A DNA stretch of 64,000 nucleotides from Thermodesulfobacteriota bacterium (GTDB lineage Bacteria; Desulfobacterota; Desulfobulbia; Desulfobulbales; SURF-16): NCBI GenBank assembly GCA_040755455.1, contig JBFMAY010000001.1:128001-192000 (forward strand), written 5' to 3'. Under the pieces are notes generated by a model. The model had not been told where the DNA came from. It saw nothing but the letters and a program-made list of their open reading frames with translations, and did not search any database. The position numbers and the translations under genes are program-made. The first letter of the stretch is position 1; each line of letters opens with the position of its first letter. This document shows positions 1-10,660 of the stretch, in pieces.

Positions 1-1032
1 CTCAGCAGGCTTGCCGAGGAGGAGCACGCCGGCCGGGTGGCGCAGCGTATTCTCGATCTGCTGAGTCAGCCGATCAGGATAGCCGGTCAGGAGGTCTATA
101 TTTCTGGCAGTATCGGCATCACCCTCTATCCCAGCGATGGCGAGGATGTGGATATGCTGCTGAGGAATGCCGATGTGGCCATGTATCATGCCAAGGAGAG
201 CGGCCGGAATTCCTTTCAGTTTTTTTCCGGGGAGATGAACCAGCGGACCATGGAAAAACTCGGCATTGAGACGGATCTGAAGAAAGCGCTGGAGAGAAAC
301 GAGTTCCTTCTTTATTACCAGCCCCAGATAGATCTGCTGACCGGCAAGGTCGCCGGGGTGGAAGCGCTGGTGCGCTGGCAGCATCCCCGGCTGGGCATGG
401 TGCCGCCGGCCATGTTTATTCCCATTGCCGAGGAGGCGGGATTAATAGTGGAGATCGGGCAGTGGGTGCTACTCGAGGCCTGCCGCCAGGCGGTGCAGTG
501 GCAACAGGCCGGTTTCGCCCCGCTGCGCATGGGGGTGAATATCTCAAGCCTGCAGTTCAAGCAGCAGAGCCTGGTCTCGCTGGTGCGCCAGGTGTTACAG
601 ACAACAGGATTTGCCGCCCGCTTCCTCGAGCTGGAACTGACGGAAAGCGCCATCATGCAGAATGTCGGTCAGGTTAATGACACCCTGGTTGAACTCAAGG
701 AGATAGGCGTCAATCTCTCGGTGGATGATTTCGGTACCGGATACTCGTCCATGAGTTATTTGAAGAGGTTTCCCCTGGACACATTGAAAATTGATCGCAG
801 TTTCGTCATGGATATCACCACAGACGCCAATGACGCGGCCATCATCAAGGCCATTATTGCCCTGGCGAAAAGCCTTGGGTTGAAAACCATCGCCGAGGGG
901 GTGGAGACCGGGGCGCAGCTGGCCTTTCTGCAGGAGCAGCGCTGCGATGAGATCCAGGGATTTTTCATCAGCAGGCCTTTGCCCGGCCGGGAAGTGGAAC
1001 AATTTCTCGTTGCCGGGAAAAAATTTTGTTAG
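1..1032 (+). CDS. GGDEF-EAL c-di-GMP phosphodiesterase/cyclase, 5'-truncated by the window edge
   Basis: Frame is open from base 1. GGDEF C-terminal part (SIGITLYP, ADVAMYHAK), then EALVRW, ELELTES and DDFGTGYSS. Confidence 0.93.
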   Translation, partial: LSRLAEEEHAGRVAQRILDLLSQPIRIAGQEVYISGSIGITLYPSDGEDVDMLLRNADVAMYHAKESGRNSFQFFSGEMNQRTMEKLGIETDLKKALERNEFLLYYQPQIDLLTGKVAGVEALVRWQHPRLGMVPPAMFIPIAEEAGLIVEIGQWVLLEACRQAVQWQQAGFAPLRMGVNISSLQFKQQSLVSLVRQVLQTTGFAARFLELELTESAIMQNVGQVNDTLVELKEIGVNLSVDDFGTGYSSMSYLKRFPLDTLKIDRSFVMDITTDANDAAIIKAIIALAKSLGLKTIAEGVETGAQLAFLQEQRCDEIQGFFISRPLPGREVEQFLVAGKKFC

Positions 1033-1227
1033 AACGGCCTACCGTAATACTGACAAGATGAAATTGTTGCTTTCTGTTCTTGAAAATTTATGGAATACGG
1101 ATAATATTTCACCGGAGAAAAACATGATGTTTGCCCCGAAATATGCTATGGTTGCCTTGATCCTGTCGGGAACGGAGGATGAGGTTTGCTTCCTGGCCGT
1201 GGATGGCCGGTGCTGAGGGAGGATGAT

Positions 1228-1446
1228 ATGAAAAAAGCAGCAGGTATCGGCATGGTTATTTTCGCGCTCATGGCGCTGGTCGCCTGTTCAACGCCCTATA
1301 GACTGATGCTCAAGGACGGTACGGTCGTCGAAATGGCCGATGAGCCGGAGTTTAACAAGGATACGGGATTTTATGAGTACCAAACGCTGGATGGCAAGGA
1401 TGTGCGGGTCAATAAGGATCAGGTTGTCGAGATCAAGGAAATGTAA
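1228..1446 (+). CDS. YgdI/YgdR-family small lipoprotein
   Basis: GGAGG RBS before ATG 1228, lipobox LVAC, and KDG...P...D.G.YEY..DG...VNKDQV pattern typical of the family. Confidence 0.8.
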   Translation: MKKAAGIGMVIFALMALVACSTPYRLMLKDGTVVEMADEPEFNKDTGFYEYQTLDGKDVRVNKDQVVEIKEM

Positions 1447-1528
1447 GCTGCCCCCCTGGCATACCTGTCAGATGTAAGAGCCTGCTGGCCTGTTCCATTT
1501 TCCCGGACCGTGGCCGCAGGTTTTTTTT

Positions 1529-2179
1529 ATGAGCGAGCAGGCATCAATGAAAGCGGAAATTGACGAAGCAGATCTGGAAAATGTCATGGCATGCCCTGAT
1601 TGCGATCTGTTGCTGCGACAGATCGGCCTTGCCCGGGGACACAAAGCGGTTTGCCCCCGCTGCGGGCACATGCTTTACTCCGCCAAAAAGGATTCGGTTG
1701 ACAAGACCCTGGCCCTCTCACTTGCCGGCCTCATTCTCTATCTGCCGGCCAATTTCATGCCCCTCATGACCCTCGATACCCTGGGACTTGAGAAAAGCGC
1801 CTCCATTTATGACGGAGTTATCGCGCTGTATCAGCATAAATATGTCTTTGTCGCCATCATGGTGGTGCTGACCAGCCTGGTCTTTCCGCTGATCAAACTG
1901 TCACTGCTTTTCATGGTTTCCCTTGCCCTTAAGATGAGGTTTTTTCCCGCGGGTCTTGCCCACTTCATGCGTTGCTACCATCATCTCGACGAATGGGGGA
2001 TGCTTGAGGTGTACATGGTCGGCATCCTGGTGACGATCGTCAAGATGTATCATATGGCGCATATCCAGTACAATGCGGGTTTTTTCTGTTTTGTCGGCCT
2101 GTTGTGGGTCGCCCTCGGTTCAACCGTGGTGCTGGATGAACATCTTTTCTGGCGTCTCATCGAGCGGAAAAACAACTGA
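1529..2179 (+). CDS. pqiA: Paraquat-inducible protein A (PqiA/LetA N-terminal half)
   Basis: CPDC...CPRC zinc ribbon, PAN..P, WGMLEVY motif, TM helices. The start could instead be ATG 1547. Confidence 0.88.
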   Translation: MSEQASMKAEIDEADLENVMACPDCDLLLRQIGLARGHKAVCPRCGHMLYSAKKDSVDKTLALSLAGLILYLPANFMPLMTLDTLGLEKSASIYDGVIALYQHKYVFVAIMVVLTSLVFPLIKLSLLFMVSLALKMRFFPAGLAHFMRCYHHLDEWGMLEVYMVGILVTIVKMYHMAHIQYNAGFFCFVGLLWVALGSTVVLDEHLFWRLIERKNN

Positions 2180-2185
2180 GTCCTC

Positions 2186-2833
2186 ATGGCAGGATCCGAG
2201 CAAGAGAAGGCCATGAGGAACGATTTTCTTACAGCCAGGGAGGCGGGACTGGCCCTGTGTCATGATTGCCATAAACTCATCCCCTGGCAGCAACGGCAAG
2301 GACGGAAAAGCCCTGCCTGCCCCCGTTGCGGGGCGGATGTTCATCTCCGTAAGCCGAACAGCATGGGCCGCACCTGGGCCCTGGTGATCACCGCGGCCAT
2401 TCTTTGTGTGCCGGCAAACGTGCTGCCGATCATGCAGGTGGATTTTTTGGGGTCCGCAGAATATTCCACCATTCTGGACGGCATCATTTATTTTTTTGAG
2501 GAAGGTTCTTACGCCATCGGCATCATCATCCTCACCGCCAGTGTGCTGGTTCCCTGTTTTAAAATCATCGGCATTGTCCTGATTCTCTTGTCAATCCATT
2601 ACCGATGGAAAAGCTGGCTCAGGCACAAGACCCTGCTGTTTCGGGTCATCGGGTTTATCGGCCGCTGGTCCATGCTCGATATTTTTGTCATTGCCCTGCT
2701 GCAGGTTCTGGTCAATTTCGACTATCTGACCTCCATCGAATCGGCGCCGGCCGCAACCTACTTCACCGGAGTGGTGTTGAGCACCATGTTTGCCGCCATT
2801 ACTTTTGATCCGCGTCTGCTGTGGGATGCGTGA
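2186..2833 (+). CDS. pqiA: Paraquat-inducible protein A (PqiA/LetA C-terminal half)
   Basis: CHDC...CPRC, RKPNS, PANVLP, GRWSMLDIF and FDPRLLWD motifs. Confidence 0.9.
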   Translation: MAGSEQEKAMRNDFLTAREAGLALCHDCHKLIPWQQRQGRKSPACPRCGADVHLRKPNSMGRTWALVITAAILCVPANVLPIMQVDFLGSAEYSTILDGIIYFFEEGSYAIGIIILTASVLVPCFKIIGIVLILLSIHYRWKSWLRHKTLLFRVIGFIGRWSMLDIFVIALLQVLVNFDYLTSIESAPAATYFTGVVLSTMFAAITFDPRLLWDA

Positions 2834-5534
2834 AAGGATGTTGTCAGGAATGCAGCGACCTGAGGTAAAGAGAAGAAGAGGCGTCTCGCCGATCTGGATA
2901 TTGCCCATTGTCGCCCTGTTTATCGGCGGCTGGCTGCTGTACAAGGGGATGCGCGACGCCCCGGTGCAGATTGTCGTCCACTTTGACAATGCTGAAGGGG
3001 TTACCGCGGGTAAGACCAAGGTGATGTATCGGGGCATTCCCCTGGGGATGGTGCGGGACATTACGGTGGATCCCGGCCTGCAGACCGTGGCCCTGGTCAT
3101 TGACATGGACGGCAAAACCAAAGACGGCCTGGTCGAGGATCTCAAATTCTGGATCGTCAGGCCGGAGGTGTCGGCCGGCAGGATCAGCGGGCTCGATACG
3201 GTGGTTGGCGGCAGTTACATCGAGGTGCAGAAGGGGGTAAGCACGGTTGCCTGCCGGGAATTCACGGGACTGCCCCATGCCCCGGCCGTGTCGGCAAATG
3301 CCCCGGGCCTGCATTTCAAGCTGCAGGCGGATGAGCTGGGATCGGTGCAGAGGGGAACAAAGATCTTTTTTAAGAATTTCTCCATCGGTTCGGTGCAGGG
3401 CTATACCCTTGACCAGGAGGAGGGGGTGACCATCGACGCCTATATTGAACCGCAATATTCCCATCTGGTCCGCAAGGAAACCCGGTTCTGGAACAGCAGC
3501 GGCATTACCCTGAAAGGCGATCTGGCCGGATTTAAAATCCACATGGAGAGCATGGCCTCCCTTATTTACGGCGGCATCAGCCTGTATACCCCGGAAGAGA
3601 AGAAGGACAGCACCCCTGCTGAAAACGGCGCGGTATATTACTTATACCGGGATTTTGACGAGGCGGACTACGGTATCAAAATGACCCTGCAGCTGCCCTC
3701 GGCCATGGGGCTTGCCGCCGGTTCCTCCAAGGTGATGTACCGCGGGTTTGAGAGCGGCGTTGTCAAAAGTCTCACCTTCAACCAGGATGAGAAGCATAGT
3801 GTCACCGCCCATATTCTCATGGAGCCCCAGGCGGAGTTTGTCCTGCGGCAAGAGACGAAATTCTGGGTGGTCAAGCCGCAGCTGTCGGTCAACCGGGTGG
3901 AAAATCTTGAGACCCTGGTAAAGGGTTCCTACATTTCCTTCAAGCCCGGCGGCGGGGCATTCTGTGATCATTTCATCGTGCAGCAACAGCCGAATTCCGA
4001 GGAGATTCTGGAGCCAGGGCGCAGGTTTACCCTTGTTGCCGATAACTCCCGCTCCTTTTCCCTGGGCGCCCCGGTGCTTTTCCGCAAGATGCCGGTGGGG
4101 GAGATAACGGGCTTTGATCTTGCCCCGGACGGCAACCATGTGCAGGCCCAGATCTTTATTCAGGAAAAGTATGCCGATCTGGTCAGAACCGATTCCGTTT
4201 TCTGGAAGGTCGGCGGCATGCGGGTCGATGCCGGCCTGGACGGCATCAAGATGGAAACCGAGACGGTTACCGCCATTCTTGCCGGCGGCGTGGCGTTCGC
4301 CGGCAGGGATCTGGACAACAGGAAGTCCACGGCCCCGGCGGCACAACAGCATGCCACCTTCACCGTGTTTGACAGTTACCGTGAGGCCACCGAGGCCATT
4401 GCCTCGCTGAAACCCAAGGGGATCATCGTCCAGATCAAGGCGGAGAGTCTCAAGTCAGTGTCAATCGGCTCTCCCGTTTTATTCAAACAGATTGAGGTGG
4501 GAGAGATTGCCGGATTCAGGCTTGATGAAAAAAAACAGGATATTGTGCTTGATGCCTTTATTGCCGATAAATATGCCCATCTGGTCAAAAAAACGAGCAG
4601 ATTTTACAATGTGAGCGGCATCAGCGTGGATGGCGGTCTTGCCGGCATCCAGGTGAAAACGGATTCGCTCAAGAGCATTGTCGCCGGCGGCATCGCCTTT
4701 TATAACCCGACTGACAGCGAGCCGGCGGCACCGGATCACCTCTTTCCCCTCTATGACGATTATCAGAGCGCCGAGGGTGCCGACAAGGGCCGGGTGACCC
4801 TGCATTTTGCCAGAGCCAACGGGCTCAGGAAGGGGGTTGAAATCAGATATCAGGGTATCAGTGTCGGCACGGTCAAAGAGGTGCGGTACGGGCCGGACAT
4901 GCAGTCCGTGTTGGCCGAGGCGGTGATTGACCGGGGGGCGGAAAGACTTTTCCGTCAGGACACCCTGGTCTGGCTGGTCAGCCCTGAGGTGAGTCTTTCC
5001 GGGGTGAGCAACCTCGACACGGTGATCATGGGTCCTTACATTGCCCTGACCCCCGGCGATGGCGAGGCGGCGTCCGAGCTGACCGCCCTGGACGCGCCCC
5101 CGGCCAGGGAGCGGAGCAGCGGGGGGCTTGATGTTGTGCTGGAAACCGCTCTGCTCGGTTCCCTGAAAAAAGATTCCCCGGTGTATTACCGGCAGGTTGC
5201 CGTCGGCCATGTCACCGGGGCGGAGCTCGCGCCGAACTCCCGCCAGGTCTGGGTCTATGTCAATATCCATCCGCCCTATGACGCCCTGATCCATGAACAT
5301 ACCATGTTCTGGAATGTCAGCGGCATCAAAGTGGACGCAGGCATCTTTTCCGGGGTCCGGATTGATACGGCATCCGTTGAGGCCATCGTTGCCGGGGGGA
5401 TCGGCCTGGCCACGCCGGAAGGGGAGGCGATGGGCGGCGCCGCGGCGCCGGGCAGCCATTTTATTCTGCATGACAGGGCTGATGCCAGCTGGCTTGGCTG
5501 GCAACCGGCCATTGAGCTGCGCCATGCAAGATAA
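2826..5534 (+). CDS. LetB/YebT-type MCE (MlaD) lipid transport protein with 7 MCE domains
   Basis: SPIWILPIVA N-terminal anchor and seven repeated MCE-like units (G.(P/K)V.(Y/F)(R/K)...VG.V ... FW). Overlaps the pqiA stop. Start is 2826, 2838 or 2850. Confidence 0.9.
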   Translation: MRERMLSGMQRPEVKRRRGVSPIWILPIVALFIGGWLLYKGMRDAPVQIVVHFDNAEGVTAGKTKVMYRGIPLGMVRDITVDPGLQTVALVIDMDGKTKDGLVEDLKFWIVRPEVSAGRISGLDTVVGGSYIEVQKGVSTVACREFTGLPHAPAVSANAPGLHFKLQADELGSVQRGTKIFFKNFSIGSVQGYTLDQEEGVTIDAYIEPQYSHLVRKETRFWNSSGITLKGDLAGFKIHMESMASLIYGGISLYTPEEKKDSTPAENGAVYYLYRDFDEADYGIKMTLQLPSAMGLAAGSSKVMYRGFESGVVKSLTFNQDEKHSVTAHILMEPQAEFVLRQETKFWVVKPQLSVNRVENLETLVKGSYISFKPGGGAFCDHFIVQQQPNSEEILEPGRRFTLVADNSRSFSLGAPVLFRKMPVGEITGFDLAPDGNHVQAQIFIQEKYADLVRTDSVFWKVGGMRVDAGLDGIKMETETVTAILAGGVAFAGRDLDNRKSTAPAAQQHATFTVFDSYREATEAIASLKPKGIIVQIKAESLKSVSIGSPVLFKQIEVGEIAGFRLDEKKQDIVLDAFIADKYAHLVKKTSRFYNVSGISVDGGLAGIQVKTDSLKSIVAGGIAFYNPTDSEPAAPDHLFPLYDDYQSAEGADKGRVTLHFARANGLRKGVEIRYQGISVGTVKEVRYGPDMQSVLAEAVIDRGAERLFRQDTLVWLVSPEVSLSGVSNLDTVIMGPYIALTPGDGEAASELTALDAPPARERSSGGLDVVLETALLGSLKKDSPVYYRQVAVGHVTGAELAPNSRQVWVYVNIHPPYDALIHEHTMFWNVSGIKVDAGIFSGVRIDTASVEAIVAGGIGLATPEGEAMGGAAAPGSHFILHDRADASWLGWQPAIELRHAR

Positions 5535-5601
5535 TGCGGTACTTTTCATGTTTTTTGTGTCACAATGTCGTGGTATCAGTGATTAACCTCATGCCGATCA
5601 T

Positions 5602-8325
5602 ATGAATGAACGACAGAAAATAATAGCCATTTTCAGCTTGACGATCTTTCTGCTCATCTCCCTGGTTGTCGGAGGAAGTATCTATTTCCTCTACAAAACG
5701 GCGGTGCGGGAACAGGGCGCCAGATTGTTGGAAATGACCATCAGCCGGGCGAATTTGCTTGAAGCCCTTATCATAGATGCGGACGCCCATTCCTTCCGTA
5801 ACCACCAGGCCGACGGTTTTGATAAAAATAAATTTCTGCTGGACCTGACCCGGCATGCGGCCGAGATTGCCGAACAGTCTGACCGCATGGCCTCTTTTTT
5901 CCCCGGCGGCAACGAGGGGAGAAGCGCGTCCCTGGAGTTTGTTATTGCCCGCCGGGTTGATGACAGGGTTTTTTTCACCAATTCCCGCGGCAAGGAGATG
6001 GAGCCGGTTCCCTTTGCCTCACTCAGCCATAAACCCATCGGCCAGGCCATCTCAGGCCAAACCGGGGTCAAGCAGGTCACCGATCACCTGGGGGTGCCGG
6101 TGCTGGTGGCCTTCACCCATATTGCCGGAACCGACTGGGGGCTGGCCGCCAAAATCGCCATTGATGATATGCAATCCGCTTTTGTTAGAGCGAGCTATTT
6201 ATCCGTCGGCGTCGCCCTGCTGCTTCTGCTGGTCGGGATAGCCGTGCTACGGACCATCGTCAATCCGCTTATCCGCAGTCTCGAATCGGCCAGGGACGAG
6301 GCGGCAGCCGCCAATCGCACCAAAAGTGAATTCCTGGCCAATATCAGCCATGAAATCAGGACGCCGATGAACGGCATCATCGGCATGACCGATCTTGCCC
6401 TGGAGACCGAGCTGAGCGAGGAACAGCGCTCATATCTCAATACCGTGCAGAGTTCGGCCAGGAACCTGCTCGGTCTGCTCAATGATATTCTCGATTTTTC
6501 CAAGATTGAGGCAGGACAGCTCGAAATGGAAATCCTGCCCTTTGACCTGCGTGAAACCATTGAGACCTGTGTGCAGACATTTGCCCCGCAGGCCCACGAA
6601 AAGGGGGTCGAGCTCTTTTCCTATCTGCCGGCGGATCTGCCGGTGAATATCATCGGTGATCAGCTGCGGCTCAGTCAGATTCTCTTTAATCTGGTTGGCA
6701 ATGCGGTGAAATTTACCCGGCAGGGGGAGATCGTCGTCCGGGTCGAGCGGGCGGAAGCCGATGCAGCGGATGATAATATGCTGCTTTTTCATTTTTCGGT
6801 TTCAGACACCGGCATCGGCATCCCGGTTGACAAGCAGGCAATGATCTTTGATGCCTTCAGCCAGGCGGACAGTTCGGTGGCGCGGCTGCATGGCGGCACC
6901 GGACTGGGCCTTTCCATTGCAAGAAAACTGGTGGAGATGATGGGCGGCAGGATCTGGGTTGAAAGCCCCCCCGGCGCCGGCAGCGTTTTTCGTTTCACCG
7001 CCCGTTTCCGCCGGGGCGTTGCCGGCGAGGAGCAGGCGGGGTTCCAAGTTGATACGGCGCAGCTCCCGGTGCTGGTGGTGGATGACAACCAGACAAATCG
7101 TTATATCCTCAGGGAGCTGTTATGCGGCTGGCATTTCCCCGTGACTGAGGCGGTTTCGGCCGAGGAGGCGGGGCAAGAGGTGGACCGGGCAAACCGGGGT
7201 TCCCGCCCATACCGGCTGCTGATTGTCGATTACCGCATGGCCGGGCTCAACGGGCTTGAGCTGGCGGAACAACTTACCGGCAAGCTGGGGGAGGCCATGA
7301 TGCCTTTTATTCTTCTTTCTTCCTCAGTGGAGAGAGGGGTTGCCAGGCGGTGCCAGGAGCTTGATAAATGCTTTTTCCTGATGAAGCCATTTAAAAAGGA
7401 TGAACTGGCCCGCTGCATACGCTTTGCCGTCAGCGGCCGGCAACCGGCAGACAGCAGGGAGAGGACAAAGATTCTTGACCCTGCCGCCGCGGAGGTCAAC
7501 ATTCTGCTGGTGGAGGATCACCGAATCAACCGGGAACTGGCCGGAATTCTCCTGGCCAAGAAAGGGTACCGGGTGCTTGAGGCCGACAACGGGGTTGAGG
7601 CGCTCCGTCTTCTCGCGGCGCACCGCATCGATCTCGTGCTGATGGATGTGCAGATGCCGTTGCTGGACGGATTTTCCGCCACCAGGATTGTCCGTCTCTG
7701 TGAAGAGAGAAAACTGGATGAGGCCCGGCAGCTTTACCCTTGCCTTGCCGAAAGGGAAAATGCCGGCCTGCCGGAGAAAATCTGCGCGGTCTATGGCGGT
7801 GGTCACCTGCCGGTGGTGGCCATGACCGCCCATGCCATGCAGCAGGACCGGCAGCAGTGTCTTGCGATGGGTATGGATGACTATCTGACCAAGCCGTTCA
7901 ATGCCGCGGCTCTTTATGCGGTGATCGACAAATTGATCGGCGCCGGCCCCGGCGGGCGGCAGGAGGTCGCAGCATCACCGCCGCAGGTCCTGCCGTCCGC
8001 CGCCTCTATGCTTGCGGCCATCGAGCACAAACTGCAGCAACAGTATCAGTTGAAGCCGGAAAAGATCAGGGATATTGTCAGCATCACGTTGAAAAGTCTG
8101 CAGGATCATCTTGAGGAGGCGGAAAGGGCGGAGGCCGCCGGCGATCTGGCCACGCTCAATTTCGCGGCCCACGGCATGAAAGGCATTCTCCTGAATTTTT
8201 CCCTGGATGACCTGGCCCGCTTGGCAAACCAGGTGGAAAAGGCCGCCATGCACAAGGAAGAGGCGCCGTTCAAGGAGATGCTGGCCGAGCTGCGCAGGAA
8301 TCTGGAGGTATTTTTTGTCGTATGA
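5602..8325 (+). CDS. Membrane hybrid sensor histidine kinase (Cache-like, HisKA, HATPase, REC, REC, HPt)
   Basis: 2 [39 protein letters not shown], two receivers, AHGMKG HPt. Confidence 0.93.
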   Translation: MNERQKIIAIFSLTIFLLISLVVGGSIYFLYKTAVREQGARLLEMTISRANLLEALIIDADAHSFRNHQADGFDKNKFLLDLTRHAAEIAEQSDRMASFFPGGNEGRSASLEFVIARRVDDRVFFTNSRGKEMEPVPFASLSHKPIGQAISGQTGVKQVTDHLGVPVLVAFTHIAGTDWGLAAKIAIDDMQSAFVRASYLSVGVALLLLLVGIAVLRTIVNPLIRSLESARDEAAAANRTKSEFLANISHEIRTPMNGIIGMTDLALETELSEEQRSYLNTVQSSARNLLGLLNDILDFSKIEAGQLEMEILPFDLRETIETCVQTFAPQAHEKGVELFSYLPADLPVNIIGDQLRLSQILFNLVGNAVKFTRQGEIVVRVERAEADAADDNMLLFHFSVSDTGIGIPVDKQAMIFDAFSQADSSVARLHGGTGLGLSIARKLVEMMGGRIWVESPPGAGSVFRFTARFRRGVAGEEQAGFQVDTAQLPVLVVDDNQTNRYILRELLCGWHFPVTEAVSAEEAGQEVDRANRGSRPYRLLIVDYRMAGLNGLELAEQLTGKLGEAMMPFILLSSSVERGVARRCQELDKCFFLMKPFKKDELARCIRFAVSGRQPADSRERTKILDPAAAEVNILLVEDHRINRELAGILLAKKGYRVLEADNGVEALRLLAAHRIDLVLMDVQMPLLDGFSATRIVRLCEERKLDEARQLYPCLAERENAGLPEKICAVYGGGHLPVVAMTAHAMQQDRQQCLAMGMDDYLTKPFNAAALYAVIDKLIGAGPGGRQEVAASPPQVLPSAASMLAAIEHKLQQQYQLKPEKIRDIVSITLKSLQDHLEEAERAEAAGDLATLNFAAHGMKGILLNFSLDDLARLANQVEKAAMHKEEAPFKEMLAELRRNLEVFFVV

Positions 8326-8497
8326 GTTGAAATGAACCATGAAAAGGTCTTTGATTGTGGTGATATTGGGAGTCTTGCGATACCAGAGCAACAAAGCTTT
8401 GCATTCATGAGACTTAACAGTATTTCCCGGCATGCGCACCCGATGCATTGACAGTGTTGTTTGTTTTAACCAGGCGGAAAGGAGAGAGTTTCCCTTT

Positions 8498-9961
8498 GTG
8501 ACAAAGCAGGCGGCAGAACTCCGATATGCAGTCCGTTTATCGGTTATTTTCAAGTATTTCGGGCAACTGTGTTTCGTGCTCGCGGCATTGACTGCTGTGA
8601 CCTTGCTGGTATCCCTGGTCTTCGGCGAGAGGAATATGAGCCAGCGCTATGCCATGGTGATCTGCATCCTCCTTGCCTTGGGCGCAGCCCTTTCTCGCCT
8701 TCCTGCTCCCTCCAGTGTGCAGGCTAATGAAGGCATGGTGTTGGTGGCCCTCATGTTCCTTTTCACGCCGCTCATCATGGCCTACCCGATGATGGGAGCG
8801 GGGCTGAGCTTTCCCGACGCGCTTTTTGAGGCCATCTCCGGGGTGACAACGACGGGACTCAGCACCATGACGACGCTTGCCGGGGCGCCTGCCACCTTTC
8901 TCTTTTCCCGCGCTTGGATGCAGTGGTATGGCGGACTGGGAATCGTCATCCTGTCCCTCGGTCTGGCGATGCAACCGGGTCTGGTGGCAAAAGGTTTGGC
9001 TGTCACCGAGGCCGAAGCCAATGATCTGGTCGGTGGGACAAGGGCCCATGCCCGGCGGGTCATGAAAGTCTATGTCGTCTTGACCGTTATCGGTATCTTC
9101 GGTGCGCTGCTGATTGGGGTCGGCTTGTTTGATGCGGTGCTGTATATTTTTCCCGCCGTATCCACTGGAGGGTTTGCCCCATACGACTCCAGTCTCTCCG
9201 TATTAGGCTGGCCCGTTCAGTTGTGGGTCAGCCTGGTATGCCTGTCCGGGGCGGTTTCGCTGGCCTTCTACCACAGGATTTACCGGCGAAGACACCTGAT
9301 GCCGGGGGATTTCTCTCAAGTACGGGCACTGCTGGTTGCCAGTCTGATCATTTCATTGCTGCTGGGCGCAAGCATGCGGTCAGGAAATGACATGCCTTGG
9401 GCATCGGTACTCCACCATGCGCCACAGCTGGCCGTTTCAGCCCAGACAACAGCAGGTTTCGCTTCCATGCCGTGCAAGCAGCTGAATGCCGACTCGAAGT
9501 TGATCCTCATCTTTTCCATGCTGGTGGGGGGAGGCGTGGGGGCCACCGCTGGTGGTTTTAAACTGCTGCGGCTGTTGATTGCGGCAAGCGTTTTTCGTTT
9601 TATCCTCGTGCGGACCTGTCTGCCGCGACATGCCGTGGTCGAACCCCGCCTGGAGGACCGTGTTCTGGAAGGAGATGAGATTCAGGAGGCGCTGCTGCTC
9701 ATTCTGCTGTTTATCGCTGTTGTCGCGCTCTCCTGGCTGTTTTTTGTGGTAATGGGGTTTGATCCCCTTGACTCATTATTTGAGGTGGTTTCGGCAACAG
9801 GGACGGTGGGGCTTTCTGTTGGAATAACCAGTGAATCGCTGCCCGCTCTGCTCAAGGGGGTTTTGTGCGTTGACATGCTCATGGGCAGGCTGGAAATCAT
9901 TGCCTGGCTGGTATTGATCTATCCGGGCACGTGGTTTGGCAGAAGAATGGAGGTCAAATGA
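8498..9961 (+). CDS. trkH: TrkH-family potassium uptake membrane protein
   Basis: Four pore-loop motifs TTTGLS, STGGFA, TTAGFA and GTVGLS, plus GRLE. GTG 8498 chosen as start; the ORF extends to ATG 8432. Confidence 0.92.
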   Translation: MTKQAAELRYAVRLSVIFKYFGQLCFVLAALTAVTLLVSLVFGERNMSQRYAMVICILLALGAALSRLPAPSSVQANEGMVLVALMFLFTPLIMAYPMMGAGLSFPDALFEAISGVTTTGLSTMTTLAGAPATFLFSRAWMQWYGGLGIVILSLGLAMQPGLVAKGLAVTEAEANDLVGGTRAHARRVMKVYVVLTVIGIFGALLIGVGLFDAVLYIFPAVSTGGFAPYDSSLSVLGWPVQLWVSLVCLSGAVSLAFYHRIYRRRHLMPGDFSQVRALLVASLIISLLLGASMRSGNDMPWASVLHHAPQLAVSAQTTAGFASMPCKQLNADSKLILIFSMLVGGGVGATAGGFKLLRLLIAASVFRFILVRTCLPRHAVVEPRLEDRVLEGDEIQEALLLILLFIAVVALSWLFFVVMGFDPLDSLFEVVSATGTVGLSVGITSESLPALLKGVLCVDMLMGRLEIIAWLVLIYPGTWFGRRMEVK

Positions 9962-10641
9962 GAATTGTTTTCATCGGAGCCAGCGAGGTGAGCATTGGCA
10001 CAGCCAAGGCCCTGATCAGCAAAGGTCACGAGGTGGTCATTATCGAGACCGACAAGGTGAAGATCAGCGAGTTGTCCTCGCAGTTGGACTGCAGCTTTTT
10101 ACAGGGGGATGGAAGCAGGCCGGACATCCTGCGGGAGGTTAATCCCGAACAGACCGACGTCCTGGTTTGTCTGTCTAACAGCGATCAGGCAAACGTCATC
10201 GCCAGTCTTGTCGGTCGTTCCCTTGGGTTCAAACGGGTTGTCACAAGCATTGCGGATCCCCAGTTCGAGAGTATTTGTCTGGAGTTGGGGCTGAAGGATA
10301 CGATTATTCCTTCCCGTACCATCAGTCGTCATCTGGATGACATGATCGGCGGGGTGGAGAATCTTGAGCTGTCGGTGGTCATCAAGGATGAGGCCAGGTT
10401 TTTCACCCTGATTGCCAAGGAGGAGGATGCGGTGACCTCCAGGGAATTGAAACTGCCGGCTGATGCCAAGGTCGTCTGCTATTATCGGGATGACAAGTTT
10501 TTTCATGCCGACGAGGAAACAAGATTCCGCAAGGGCGATGAACTGGTCATTCTTACCCATAGCAAAAACATTCCCGAGTTGCAGGATCGCTGGCAAGGAA
10601 AACCCAAGGACAGAAGCAAGGATGAGCCGGCGGAGAAATAG
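9958..10641 (+). CDS. trkA: TrkA-family RCK potassium uptake regulatory subunit (short form)
   Basis: MRIVFIGA Rossmann start, GHEVVIIE, GDGS. ATGA overlap with the trkH stop and a GGAGG RBS. Confidence 0.9.
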   Translation: MRIVFIGASEVSIGTAKALISKGHEVVIIETDKVKISELSSQLDCSFLQGDGSRPDILREVNPEQTDVLVCLSNSDQANVIASLVGRSLGFKRVVTSIADPQFESICLELGLKDTIIPSRTISRHLDDMIGGVENLELSVVIKDEARFFTLIAKEEDAVTSRELKLPADAKVVCYYRDDKFFHADEETRFRKGDELVILTHSKNIPELQDRWQGKPKDRSKDEPAEK

Positions 10642-10660
10642 GCCAAGCCGACAGGTGTAG

